Positions 40,291 to 54,100 of a stretch of DNA of 58,394 nt are shown one piece after another. The notes under the pieces are model-generated. The model was not told where the DNA came from. It worked only from the letters and a program-made list of their open reading frames with translations, and did no database searches. The position numbers and the translations under genes are program-made. The stretch is from Girardia tigrina (taxonomy: Eukaryota). The stretch is from contig MQRK01228157.1 of assembly GCA_001938485.1 (NCBI GenBank), positions 1 to 58,394 on the forward strand, read 5' to 3'. How positions within the stretch are numbered: position 1 is the first letter of the stretch; every line of letters begins with the position of its first letter.

Positions 40291-41400
40291 TTATGTTGGT
40301 CGAGAAATAATGGCGGTTTTGGGACACAAACTTCAAAGACGTGCAAATTCACAGAAACAAAAGTTTATTAATCAAAGTATGAACCGTTGGCATCAATACA
40401 TTTTTGCCAACGANNNNNNNNNNNNNNNNNNNNNNNNNNNNNNNNNNNNNNNNNNNNNNNNNNNNNNNNNNNNNNNNNNNNNNNNNNNNNNNNNNNNNNN
40501 NNNNNNNNNNNNNNNNNNNNNNNNNNNNNNNNNNNNNNNNNNNNNNNNNNNNNNNNNNNNNNNNNNNNNNNNNNNNNNNNNAGGGTTTCATAGCCCAACT
40601 CATTAAGCTTTTGAAGAGTCACTTTTGAAATATGAGGTCTAGCGTTTTCATGAAGAAGGATGGGACTTTTTCGATTGACCAATCCCGGACAAAGGGTTTT
40701 TAATTTTTTATGCACTTAATCAATTCCATGACAGTACCTCTCCGTTGTGATTGTTTCCCCTGGATTCAAGAAACTATAGTGATGATTCCAGCATCACACC
40801 ACCAAACTGTCACCATAACCTTACGGGGTGTTAGTTTCGGTTTTGTAAAGTGTTTCGGTACTTCCTTTTTATCCAACCACTGTGCAGATCGACGTCGGAT
40901 ATCATACAGGATCCATTTCTCATCACAGGTAACAATACGATCAAGAAATGGATCGTTTTTTATTGCTAAGATGAATGGCAGAACAAATTTCACAGCGTCG
41001 TTTCTTTTGATTTTCATTCAAATCATGTGGAACCCATTTATCAAGTTTCTTGATTTTTCCAAGTTGTTTTAAATAATCCAGGACTGTTGAATAACTAATG
41101 CCCAACCCATCTGCAAGTTCTTTGATTGTTGTACGGGGATCTGTTTCCACCATTGTCCTCAAATTGTCTTTGTTCACAGCAACTGGACGACCACGACCTT
41201 CTTCATCTTCAAGGTTTTCATCTCCATCAGAAAATTTTCGGAACCATCGTTGCACTGTGCGCTCAGAAGATGTTCCCTTGCCAAACGCTTTATTGATATT
41301 GTGAGCCGTTTCTGCTGCTTTACAACCCAGTTTAAATTCGTACAAGAAAATTGCTCGAATTTTATTTTTTTCCATTATTAATTTAGAACCGTAAATATTC
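40291..41400 (-). mobile_element. Mariner element, frameshifted, spans a gap
   Basis: IRAIFLYEFKLG, KKLDKWVPHDL, RIVTCDEKWILY and LLHENARPH motifs; 3' TIR TTATGTTGGTCGAGAAATAATG. Confidence 0.93.
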
Positions 41401-41769
41401 TAAAAAATAAAAAATATAATTTAATATAAAATATAATTTAATTTTAAAGATGTTTATTTAAATTTTAAAATTGAATAAATACTTTGATGTTCTAAAATAT
41501 TTAAAATATCAATCTACCATCTGGGTTGGAGAAACACAATCGTGAAAAAAACTTACCAACAATATAAAATAAACACCATTCAAAATATTCCCCACACTCA
41601 TAATGATTGAAAAAAAATTTTAAATTAATAAAATGTAACAACGAATAAAAAGTATGCAAATTTTTTTTCACAACAAATATTTTTGTATATATATATATTA
41701 TTTAAACAAATAATTATCCATATTTTTTCATGTTAAATATTTCATTTAATAAATAAATTTAACATGTAA

Positions 41770-42580
41770 CACTCGCACCAGATTCTTCGTCAAAAGAATC
41801 TATCCTCTACATACTCGTTCAAATAATTCGGTTTTCGTCTTTCTCTTTAAGGCCAGTTGCTGTTTCCCGATTCACTTTACTTGACACTCGAACCTGAAGC
41901 GTTATTATTGTCCAACATGTAACCAAGTAAGAGTTTCGTGGCAGGACTGGTTGTCTTGGTCGAATATCTTTTATATGCCGTGGACTGCAAAAACCATCAC
42001 AATTTATTAAATACTTTGATCCACTTTCCTAACGAAAACGCTTCTGGCCCATTGCTTTGTACATGGCATACTATTTTCAGGCTTTACCCAGACTAACTGT
42101 TGCTCTACAAAGTCTCTATTTACCTTATTTTAAACCGGCTCCCTTTATATTCTTTCGATTATCTCCAAACCGACTGGAACGTACTTGTAAAGTGCTGAAC
42201 TAGGTGTCGCATTTCTGTCAGACGGTGTATTGTTATACCACCATAAGGCTTCCATGATACTAATATTCGATTTAGATGCGATTCTCTTGATTGCCTTATG
42301 ATTTTTCTCTATTATTCTGTTGCAATTTGGTCTATTAAAAGTACGGTATAAGACATGTACATTCCATTTCTCCATTAAATTGCTAAATTCGGCTGAATGA
42401 CATGTCGTATAATTGTCGATAATCAACTCATTGGGAGATACACGCTCGCAGAACAAATTTGAAAACTCTGTAACTATTGAATTAACGTACTCAGCCTTGA
42501 TTAGTTTCCATACAGCAAATAGAGAGAGTCCACAATCAATGATACTTAAGAATTTTTGTTGATCAAATTTTGTGACATTC
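41770..42580 (-). mobile_element. Gypsy-type integrase relic
   Basis: FLSIIDCGLSLFAVWK, PNELIIDN, FSNLMEKWNV, RPNCNRIIEKNHKAIKR and ALWWYNNTP motifs. Confidence 0.85.
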
Positions 42581-43676
42581 GCTGCAGAAAATTTTACGAA
42601 ATGATTAAGTATTAATAATGATTTAAAAAAACTGAATGCCATTTTATTCGGAATTTAAATATCCTTATTATTTATAATTATTGTTGTTATTAAAATTCTT
42701 GATTCTTTTCTCCCTTTGCCCAACACAATTTAGATCATTATTTTGTGAACAATTACCATTTATTGCCCTTTGTTCGCTCTTTTATAAATAAATTGATATG
42801 AATATAGAAATATGATGTAAAAAGAAATTAAATAATTAAAAGAAGTAAATAAAAAATTTAAATTTAAAGATTAAATAATAAAGAAAAAAAATAAATTTAT
42901 ATAAAATAAAAAGTTAAAAATTAATAAAAAAGATTTTAAATTTTATGAATATCATTTATTTTTAAAAATTTTATTTATTACGAGTCATGTGACTCGTTTT
43001 CATTTTTACTGGCCAGTATATGTGCCAGATAAAGAGTAATTATCGTTCGAGTAAAATGAAATACTCGCTCTGATTGGCTAAAAAACCATTTTTTCATAAT
43101 TGTTAAAATACTTTTGGTTACTGATTCGGAAATATAACTGTTTTGCGAAAGCTAAGTAATTTTCTTCGATATAAAAGCCTTCGAACAGCCTTTCTTTGCC
43201 ATTCATTAATAAATAGTGTATTTAATTAAATTTGAAATAGGCTAAAAATCAAGATTTTTCTAATTTTTGTCGTCGACTTAGTTACATTTTGTAACTTTCT
43301 CCTGACGTCCTACAATTCGTTTTATAATTTAAAGTGATTAACACTTCTTATCCATGAATATTAATTTTTTGTCATATTTTTTTCATTTTTTTAATTTAAT
43401 ATTTATTGTAACATCCCTTTGGAATATGCATTTAAATAACCATAAGAACCATAAAATTTTTGGATTTAAAATATGTATTCATTTGTTTCCCATTATAAAT
43501 AAATTTTCATTGTTACAACACCAATTTTAAAATTCTTGAAATAGTTTTCTAGAGGGAATTTTTTTAAGGTTCAAAATTATTAAAAAAAAATACTATACAT
43601 TTATAAGTTTAGGCACGAAACTATAGCTGCAACAAAATCTTTTTGTGGTAAAGATATATATATATATATATATATT

Positions 43677-44200
43677 AAACAAAAATAACACCATTTTAAT
43701 TTTAAATTTTTATTGGAAAACATGTTTCGCCACTTTTGTGGCATCTTCAGTTCTGTATTTAATTGGAAAGTTATTGTTTATATTGAAAGATGACCATTAC
43801 GTCACAGTGTGTTACGTCAAAATACTCTAATATGATTGGACGAATCACTTTGCCCATTTAGACTAGGTTTACAAAACTTTATCAAGAGTGCTTCAGTAAT
43901 TGTCCTTTCATAATTGTGATCAAAGTTACTAATCAAAACCCGAAAATCATTATCAAATACCCTCCTTTGAGTTCCATGACATTTCACTATGTGGTCCAAA
44001 ATTGAGCTTTTTCTACTTGATTTGGTATGTTCTACAATTCTAGTACGGAGGTGACGATTTGTCTCTCCAATGTACAAGGATTCATACTTGTGACATTTAT
44101 ATTGGTAAACTAAATTTGCTTTCATACCCAATTGTGTTTTAGATTTATTTGAGAAGTAATTAGAAATTTCATTAGTTAGAAACAATACTTTAATACCAAT
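43677..44200 (-). mobile_element. Penelope-like element 3' part (open GIY-YIG frame + HHR)
   Basis: ORF 43817-44185: NLVYQYKC...YIGETNRHLRTRIVEH...SSILDH...TITEALLIKFCKPSLN. The 3' UTR contains an HHR and abuts a (TA)n tract. Confidence 0.92.
43716..43753 (-). ncRNA. Minimal type I hammerhead ribozyme
   Basis: Same sequence as 8130-8167 on the minus strand. Confidence 0.85.
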
Positions 44201-45563
44201 ATAAATGTTTTTTTTCTTTTAATATAAAGGACTCTATAAATTTTACAGTTATGGATTCTTTTAAATAAAATCATATCAACTACTACAGTTTAATTGAACG
44301 TCATGCAATGTTTTACTTTTTCCATTATGTATTTTTGGTAAAATATCTTGCGGTAAACTGTGATGATACAATTAAAAGATATCAAATTCCGAATGATTTA
44401 GAAGGGATTGTTTTAAGATTGATCAAATTTATAATTTTATGAATAAAGTATGTACATGTTCTTATTAATATTTTAATAAATTATGTTGATAAATCTTTCA
44501 TAAATGAATTCATAACATAATTTTGGACCAATTGATAAGAAACAAAATTAAATTAAGCATTATAAAAAGGAAATGCAAAAAATTATATGTGCTCTCGCAA
44601 AGAACACATATCCAGATAACAAAAGTATTTCGAGTAATGAGTTGTGATTTAAAGAGAAAAAAAGCAATTACAATAATTAAATACAGCAGATTTTGCTTGA
44701 AGAGAACAAAATCAGTTAAAGAGAACGTCTTGAGAATTTTTTTTTCAAAGTAAAATAACTGAGTTTATTTTTTAATGTGAAGATTAGTAAAGTTTTTTAA
44801 TATATTTTAAAAAATATCCTTATGAAAAGAATCAGGTAAAAAGAACATTTTTAGGACTTTTAAAAAATGTTCCCTTAGAATGTTATCTTAGAGCATTAAA
44901 ATATTAACTATTCAAGATTATTATTAATTAAAATGTTTAGCTTCACTTTAACTTAGATTTAAAATGTATTTTTACTCGTGTTAATTTACAAAATGACTAA
45001 ATTCTTTAAAAGTTTAATAAATTGAGACAAAAACAAAAGTGCTTTAAAGTCGAAATGTAAGTCACTGGATTGACATGATAACTAAGAAAGGTGCCATGTC
45101 ACCCATTGACTGTTACTGTAGTTCTACTGACAGTGTCAAAAGACAGGAGCACTACTAACGACAGATTGATTATAAGTGGGTTTTTATATGGAATTGTGTA
45201 CATTTAAACATATCATTAATTTTAATTACTGTTGTAATTTTCTTTATTATTTAAAATCACTTATTATTTCTAAAATATTAGTTAAATTAAACTCTCATTT
45301 TTTAGTTAATAATATTATTTTTCTAATTTTAGAAAGCATTTAATTACAATTTAATTTTAATCAAATTCACAAATTTAGATAAAATTAAAGATATGTTAGT
45401 TTTTTAAATTATATCTCAGCAATAAAAATGGCTTGTTTTAATTGTTACAGATTGTGAAAAATCAAGTTGTTTCAGATTTGTGATGATCATTTTTAAGAAG
45501 ATGTTAAGCTTTTTTTCATCAGTAAACTTACAGATAAAAGTCGATCAACATACTAATAATTTG

Positions 45564-45682
45564 AGGGATTCATTTCGATGTGACGTCACATTTCTAAAAT
45601 CTCCGCTCTCCTCGTCACGCTTCGTTACATAATTCTGACCCCCTCTCCCCTCTCCTGCGTGATGTCATTTATGGACAGCCTC
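45564..45682. mobile_element. Small MITE relic (PIF/Harbinger-like ends)
   Basis: Imperfect TIRs AGGGATTCATT..GACGTCAC ... GTGATGTCATTTATGGACAGCCTCT in a GC-rich island. Confidence 0.45.
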
Positions 45683-47249
45683 TTTCTGACCATAATTCGT
45701 GACTGATTTAAATTGAATTTAGATGAACTTTCGAATTATAATTTTATCGCTTTTTTAAAACGTAACTAAATTTAAAATTGTGTTGAGTTTTAACGGAAAA
45801 TTAAGTGTTGTACACATTTTAGAATTTTTGTTAAGTATCTTGAAAATTATTTTTTTGAATTGATGTTAAATTTTTGCTCGATGTCAAATTCATGTGAAAA
45901 TTATCAGTTTTATTAAAGAAAACAATTATTTTCAATTAAAAAAAGCGTTTTTTTGTTTCAATGAAGCGAATGAAATAAAAAAATTAACAACTGGTCAGTA
46001 AAACGAACGAAGTAATGTTGATTGATAAATTGTTTAAACTAAAACAAGAGTTCGATATCGTTGAATCCGATCGAAAGCATTCTAATGACAAATTGATGAA
46101 ATTGCATTACTTGATAAGGGCGTTAGAGAGTGTGGAAGAATAAGAATAATATTCTTCTGAAGAATAAGAAAATAAAACAAACTAATGGTATAGCTCAGGG
46201 AAGAAAGGATTTTTGAAACACGAAAAAACGATTGAAAGTCTTTCGAATGAATTAACTTTAAATTTAAATGGATTATAATTTAATTTTTATTGGTCAAAAT
46301 TTTGAATTTTAAATTAATTAAAGATATTTAAAATCAAAGCGGCTTTACTTGGTCCATTTTGAATGTTAATTAATGCATTGTAGTGTCTGATCAACAATGA
46401 TTCACAAAAAATATATTTCATGTAAATTTAACATTATGTATTGACTCTAAGATGTTAAAAAATTGTAAAATAAAAATATTAATTACACAATTGACTTTTT
46501 ATATTTTAAATAGAATTATAAATTAGTGACATTTAATGATTGAAATAATAGTGTAAAATAGTTAAAAATTTATTTTTATTTAAATAATTAAAAATGTGTT
46601 ATTATTATAATAATTTGATCAAATAATAACTCTGATAATTAATAAAAACTAATTATTTAAATTTTATTTCAGATAATGAAAATGAAAAAAAATATTAATG
46701 AAGAATAATGAAAAATTATGTTAGTGTTAGTGAGAATTATTGTTACGACAATTCTGTTTGTGTTATAGATAAAGGTATTCCTGCAAAAAATAATGTTAAA
46801 TATAGCAATAAACATTTTCTATATGAATTTCTAGATTAGAATTACAACTCAATATAATCTTAAACTTTTATTTTTAAGGGATAAAAATAAATTTAAAATT
46901 CATTCAGGAAATTTAGAAGACAATGGGTCTTCGTATCTTTCTGTCACATCGTTAATAAGAAAATACAGAAACAATATTTTATATCAATGAGAAATATATT
47001 ACAGTCATAACTTGTTAATTATATTTTAATAACATTTTTCTCCATGGTTTCACTGTGTTAAGAACACCGACATAAAAACTACGAAAACAGTTACTATTAA
47101 CACATTTAGATTCATCACAACTCTTGGAAGTTCTCTTACCATTTTTCATCATTCCAATTATTGTTGTTTCTATTTTTTTTAATGATGATTATTCAACAAG
47201 TTTCCTAATTTTTCAATAACATTTAATATTATTTTAACTTAAAAATATT

Positions 47250-47577
47250 TCATAAACTTATAAAAAATATTTCGGTGGATTTTCCACCATCTTCAGGCTG
47301 AATTAGCAACAATTTCGCTGTCATGTATATAGCAAGTTGATGATTATGTAAACATCTTGTGTAATAACTAATTAAATATTTTCAACAAATTGGAAGAGAG
47401 ACTTGTTTGGACATTAATGGACGGATTAAGTGATTTAATCAATAATGCTTCACAAGTAACTCTTTTCCAATAATTTTTAAAATTACTGCACAATATTTTA
47501 AAATTAGTTGTTTTTACCTCTGATTTAAAACTCTTCATATGTCCAGCAATATTACTCCCATTACCCAATCGTCCAAG
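47250..47577 (-). mobile_element. Penelope-like 3' fragment (GIY-YIG C-terminus + HHR)
   Basis: SNIAGH...NFKILCSNFKNYWKRVTCEALLIKSLNPSIN, followed by an HHR. Confidence 0.85.
47263..47300 (-). ncRNA. Hammerhead ribozyme (core and stem II intact, stem III degenerate)
   Basis: Minus strand CUGAAGA-U-GGUGG-AAAAU-CCACC-GAAA. Confidence 0.7.
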
Positions 47578-49039
47578 TTCGAAAACCCATGTTGGTGTTC
47601 TTAATAAATGTAATTAGTTTTGCGGTACCAATCGTCAAACTAACTGCCGCCAAATTGATAATACAGTCGGAGGCAAATTTATTATTGACTACCACACTTT
47701 GTCTGAGAGTAAATGTGATTAAATTCCAGAAATATCAAAAATATTGTAATTTTTCAGAATTTAGGAAATGAACTCTGTAATTTCAAAAATTGGAAGAAAT
47801 AAAAATGAAAGTGACTTCAAATCCATGACTGATAAAGAAAGAAAAATTATACTTTTTCAAATTATTGTACACTATTTCAACAACTAGTCGAGCATAAAAG
47901 TAATAAAGTTAATTATTATTTCTTATTATGTAAATTTTAAACCTGAAAATTTATTTAATGAAGCTGCATTAAAACTATTTATTAAAAAATAAATATTTAA
48001 TTTTTTCATAATTGTTGGTTTTTTAACAATTAAAATATTTAATATATATCAAATTTAATAATTTTTTTGGAATTTATTTATAAACAAACTTTTGCCTTCT
48101 TTTTATTTCATAAATTAGGCTTTAATCGGATTATCAATTATATTAATTTTTCAAAATTTTAATTATGTTCGAATAATCAGTTAACACAAATTTAGTAACA
48201 CACCAACTTCCAACTGGGTTAGAGAATCACCATTCAAAGTTCAACATACTAAAATCAACATACGACATACATACACAGTTTAAATGTTCCTTATAATTAA
48301 AATCTTTTATACATTATTTAAAAATAAAAATTTTTACTGCATATAAATTTGAAATAGAGTCATTTAAAATTTGTAAGATTTAGATTTGCTTTTTATTTGC
48401 AGACAATGAGATAAAATACGAATGATAAAATTGAATTAAGAAATGAATAAAAAGTATAAGTTCCGTTACATGTATAAATGATGTCATTGACGACTTATAT
48501 TTCGGAAAGTATCTTGATAGACTTCATCACCAGAGATTAAATAATCAACATACTTACGATTAATAATCAGTCAAACAGCAAATTTCCATTTTATCTTAAT
48601 ATTAAAATGCATTTTATTATTCCTTTGTAATATATTTCAAAAGAGCACATAGATGGCTGAACAACTATTCACTTAATCTAACATATTTCCATCTGAATAG
48701 TGTATCATATTTTTATTTATTTTTTTGCGAACTTTTCTTTACTATCTATTATTTGTATTGTTCTTATTGTTTTGAAATTTTAATTATTTTGTTACCAATA
48801 ATAATAACTATCATAATTTTATTACTATAAATCGGGTGATAATTTCCGATCGTCTAGCCATGCGCTATTTTGAAAATAATGATCTTAAAGATTATATAAA
48901 TAAATTGCAAATTGAAAAAAAGAACTTTCAGGCAATACAAAGAAAAGATCAATCTTGTAAAGTATAATCAAAGTATTTTAAATCAAGAAATAATGACAAA
49001 TTCAAACTGTTACAAAATTAGTGTGAACATTCTATCATA

Positions 49040-49597
49040 TGTATTAAGAACACCAACATGGCTTTTCAAACTTTTATTTTCATTACAATCAGAATTGTCT
49101 TTTGGACAACTCTCAGCGAAATTCTCGTCATTCGACATCATTCTAAATTGATAATTTTTTATTAATGTTTGTTAATAAACAATTATTCGAACAAATTTTC
49201 ATTATTTTCTGATTTTATTTTTAAAATTCAATTTTGTAGTTNNNNNNNNNNNNNNNNNNNNNNNNNNNNNNNNNNNNNNNNNNNNNNNNNNNNNNNNNNN
49301 NNNNNNNNNNNNNNNNNNNNNNNNNNNNNNNNNNNNNNNNNNNNNNNNNNNNNNNNNNNNNNNNNNNNNNNNNNNNNNNNNNNNNNNNNNNNNNNNNNNN
49401 NNNNNNNNNNNNNNNNNNNNNNNNNNNNNNNNNNNNNNNNNNNNNNNNNNNNNNNNNNNNNNNNNNNNNNNNNNNNNNNNNNNNNNAAAATATCAATTTT
49501 CCATCTGGGTGGGAGAAACACATTTCCAAATACTAAACTCAACATACAAAATTCAACAAACCAATTTCAACATACCAAATTTAAAATATTCCTCACA
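49040..49597 (-). mobile_element. Solo LTR (TG...CA), spans a gap
   Basis: Minus strand TGTGAGGAATATTTT ... GGTGTTCTTAATACA; colinear with 23329-23835. Partial relatives lie near 41500-41595 and 48160-48290. Confidence 0.65.
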
Positions 49598-50056
49598 ATA
49601 TGAAATTAAAAAAACACAAAAATACAATCCATGACCAAATTTGTAAACAAAATCTCTCTCAAGATTACGAAAAGTTGGAGGAACGATATCGTGCCACCAA
49701 CGAATACATCAATGTTCTTCCAACACCACATAAATCAGACATGTTAAATAGAAATTACTATAGAACAAAAATAAAAATAATAATAAAAATTAAAAATGAA
49801 GTAATTTAAAAATTGAAATTAAATAATCAAACATTAATTTCCTTGAGTATATCATATATACAAACTCATTTTGTAAATTACTTATTCGATCAACAAACAA
49901 CATTCCTTCTTCAAATTCAATACAAGCAAAATTAAAATTGAAAAGCCAATTTTAATAAATAGAATGACAATTTTCCATCCAGATCTGGAGATCTACAAAG
50001 TGGAATATTGAAACTATAACAGAAATATAAAAAATAATGGCAATTTATATTCTTTA

Positions 50057-50428
50057 TTAAAAACTGAACGCCATTTTTAAAATCCATTTTTTTCAATATT
50101 ATATATATAATATTGCGAACATAATTTAAAATGTAAAAAGAAAATCGGAGAAAATAATTTTCAAATTCTGTGTAATCGATTTAAAAATTACTGGGAGAGA
50201 GTAACGTGTGAGGCCTTATTAATAAGATCCATGGATCCAAAAATTAGTATTCAAGCTTCACACTCAACTTCTCTGTTAAACATTTTCAAATAGAGCCTTT
50301 ATTACATGCTTGATTGCATAATCACCTTTCTTATATATAAACTGCAAAAAGCCAGTGTTAATTTAGTCTGAAGATGGCGGGTAATCCACCGAAAAAAATG
50401 GATTTTAAAAATGGCGTTCAGTTTTTAA
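50057..50428 (+). mobile_element. Penelope-like 3' fragment with HHR and an inverted copy of its 3' end upstream
   Basis: NFQILCNRFKNYWERVTCEALLIRSMDPKIS; HHR at 50364-50404; 50057-50094 is the exact reverse complement of 50391-50428. Confidence 0.85.
50364..50404 (+). ncRNA. Hammerhead ribozyme relic
   Basis: CUGAAGA-U-GGCGG-GUAAU-CCACC-GAAA, with one stem II mismatch and a decayed stem III. Confidence 0.6.
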
Positions 50429-51143
50429 AACAGATATATAACAGATTATTTTACCGTACTATTAAGAATCATTCGACTATCTAACCCAAAGCCCGAAACA
50501 AACTATTATTTATTGGCTCAAATATCAATCAATATTTTCACTAATTCAACTCGAGGGCATAGAATATACATTTCTATACATATCGAATTCTAGTTCGGAA
50601 TTATACAAATAGAAGTATATGTTAAGTTTTACTTACATAAAAATCTGGACAGTCTACACTACTGTCGTTTAATGTCACTATATCAACACATAAGGTATAA
50701 TTAAAATATTATTTTATTTAAGTTCAATTTTTAGTATTCTATGTATTTTAATAATATTTAAATTATATAATACCAATTTATATTTCTATTTAAAGTAAAA
50801 TATTAAATATTTATTTAGGAACGATGATTTACTAATAACAAAATAATGCTTAACCAGCAACAGTATTTATCCTTCTTTTGATTGGATATTGAAAATCAAC
50901 CAATAGAATTTATCGTTGATTTAATCACATCATACTAATACAACTCAAAGGAATGAATGCGCTAACAAATTTTTAACAATTGTTTATCAATAATTGTATT
51001 CACCTTGACAACAGTCATAATAGGTTATGAAACACACGTACACACAATTACGCACATACACGTAATATATGATACATTCAAACAAAATCGTATGTCATAA
51101 ATCGCGGATTTATTGGTATTAAATTGCCAGTTTGACGAACGCT

Positions 51144-54100
51144 ATGACCGATGAAGAACCTGAAGATGTAAGTTGTTTTATATTTTCATCCCGAATAATC
51201 AGTTTATTTTCTTTGTTTAATAATTTATTTATTTAAAATATATATTATTTTCTTTTTCAGACGTTGACTATTTCTCCCCAAGAAGAGAAAAGTAACAAGT
51301 TATATTTTTTCATCAAATTACTTGGAAAAAAAATTTACATGTTTTTTATTTATTTTAAAATAATTATAATTTATAATTATTAAAGTATTTTGAACATCCT
51401 TTTTAATTTCTGCATACATTGGAGAAACTTCTCGTCATCTCTGCAAACAGATCGAGGAGCAAAGTCGATTGGGTAATGCAATCGCAATTGATCTGGACAT
51501 AACTTACAATGTACAAAAAAACGATAACAACTTTTAAATTCTTTGTATTGAATTTTAAACTTGGATGAAAGTAATATTTGAGGTCTGGTTATTAAGATAA
51601 TTTGATTAAAAATTAATATTCAAGCCTCATTATAAACTATGTTAAATAGCTTTAAATAAAGCATTATAACAGGATCGATTGTGTAATAACCATTCATATA
51701 TAAGCTGCTAAAACTTATGTTAATTTAGGCTGACTAAGGCGAGTTATTCGCAGAAAATGCAGTTAGAAAATAGGTTTTTAAAATTTTTTAATATTATCTT
51801 ATTTCTAAATTTGAATTTAGAATGAGTAAAAAAGTATAACAAAATCGTAGATAAATTTTATTTTATTTATTGTTATTTAAAAATTAATTATTAAAGCAAT
51901 TATCTGGAAAAACGCATGAAAAATTTGTATTAATTAGTTTAAAAGGAATTTGTTGTGATGGTAAATATTGATGAAACGGTTTGTTAAATAAATACAAATT
52001 TAACTTTTCAAATGATTCCATTCTTAAGTAAAGGGAAACACTCTTTTCGAGAGGAAATCGCAATTCGATTTTTCTTTTTACCAAGTTGCGAATTGATTCG
52101 ATTCAGAAGAGATTTTTATTTTTTAAAAATTCATCTTTCAAGCAATTTTTAATTTTAAAGTTATATATTTCTTTAGATTTTTAATAAATGTTATCATAAA
52201 ACTGATTTGGTATTTATTATGATAAATTTTTACAAAAGAACGGTATACTTAAAAACCATTCTTAAACTATGTCATAGTTGGATGTAGTCGCTGTCAACAA
52301 GTGTCATTTTAACTCTGTACAACGATGTGTGAAATATGAATGTTACTTGATAATAATGTATTTAATGGATAATATCATCAGAAAGATCATATCAATAAAT
52401 ACATTGATGTAAAACCTATGTTGCGAGAGGGATGTGTAGATGATATTTTTCAAGGACCGTCTGTAAACTAATTGTTGTGTTCGTTGTCAATTCCCAACAA
52501 ATAAAAAAACTCAATCAATCAACAATCAATCCACTCAACATAAAACCCAAACCCAAAAGTCACTAAAATTCAATCGATCCATTCAACAAGAAACTCAAGC
52601 CAAAATTCCAAAAAAATCTCAATTAAAAAAAACCTTTTTATGATATCAATTAATAAAAATTCTTTGTAATAATAATTAATGATATAAACTATGTGCGATA
52701 ATGGTGACGTAAAATTTGTTGAAATAAAATGCTTTCACTTTGTCTAAAAATGTGGAGATTTTATTGGAATTTGGGTTCGAGTTTCTTGTTGAATGGATTG
52801 ATTGAATTTTATGGACTTTTTTTGGTTTTGGTTTTATGTTGAATGAATCGATTGTTGATTGATTGAGTTTTCTTTTTGTTGGGAAGTGACAACGAACGTC
52901 ACTCAAATAATAAATTTACTACAGATTTTGAACTTAATGATAAACTTTCTTTACCTAAAATTCTTTTCACTGGGATAAATTTAATAAATCAAACTGAATT
53001 AAAAAGAAAGGTAATATATTCCCTGGTTATAAGAAGAAAAATATAGAATATATGATGAAAACCTCGTTTACAGACAAAAACTATACTAATTTTCTGAATT
53101 TGTATAGTTATGAAGAGGACAATTATTTTTGTCGCAGAGTTAGTCCAAGAATTCCGGTAACATTGTGGACAGTTCGAGATCAAGTACTGGACAATCTACC
53201 ACGAACAAATAATTCAGTGGAGAAATGGCACCACGTATTAAGGATGTTTGTTGATGAGCACTGCCCTGATGTATATAAGTTGATCAATTATTTTCTCAGA
53301 GAATAAGACTACTCTGGAAACAGTTTCACGTAATTTGTTTAATTATATTGGTACAACCTATCCCAAGTAATAAAAAAATCTCTATTGAATTTTTTTTTAA
53401 TTTTAAGGTTACAATAGAAACACAACCAAATAGAACCATTAAAAGCGTTTTCAATAGTATTTGAAAATTGTTGAAGATAAATTTAGACATAATAGATTTT
53501 CGGTGTATATTTACAACATCCTATTGTAAAAAAAGCAACCGGAAATCACCTATGTGTCAATCGTGTATAATAAAACAATACGTCTTTCAAAAAAATAAAT
53601 TTCTTCCTTTGCAAGTTTTAAAATATTGATTATATCCCTTGAAAAAAAAATTATAAAATTACATTAAAAATACGATTTAATTTATTTTAATAATAACAGT
53701 TTATCGTGAAACATTTAATTCAATTGATACATATCAAAGAAGTTGGATCCCCGCCTCTCAAATCGGATACGCACTACGAATAAATGGTCAGTGCCCTTCG
53801 GAAAAGGAAATAGAAGAAATCGTACAAAGTCTGGTGGATGAAAATAATGCCAATGGTTACTTTTTGAATTTTTTTATTCCTATACTTTCTTTTTACTTCT
53901 TTTGTACAGTTTTACACTCCTTTAACCATCATATCAAGTTTTTATTTGATAGAGATTAAATATTGTGACAGTCGAACTATTGGGTTGGCCAAAAAGTCAT
54001 TGCGTTTTTGAGTACGTCCTAATAAAAAGCTTGAAAATATAAAACGATGTGATAAAATTTAAATCCAATTATATATTCTAAAACCTTAATTTTCAGACTA

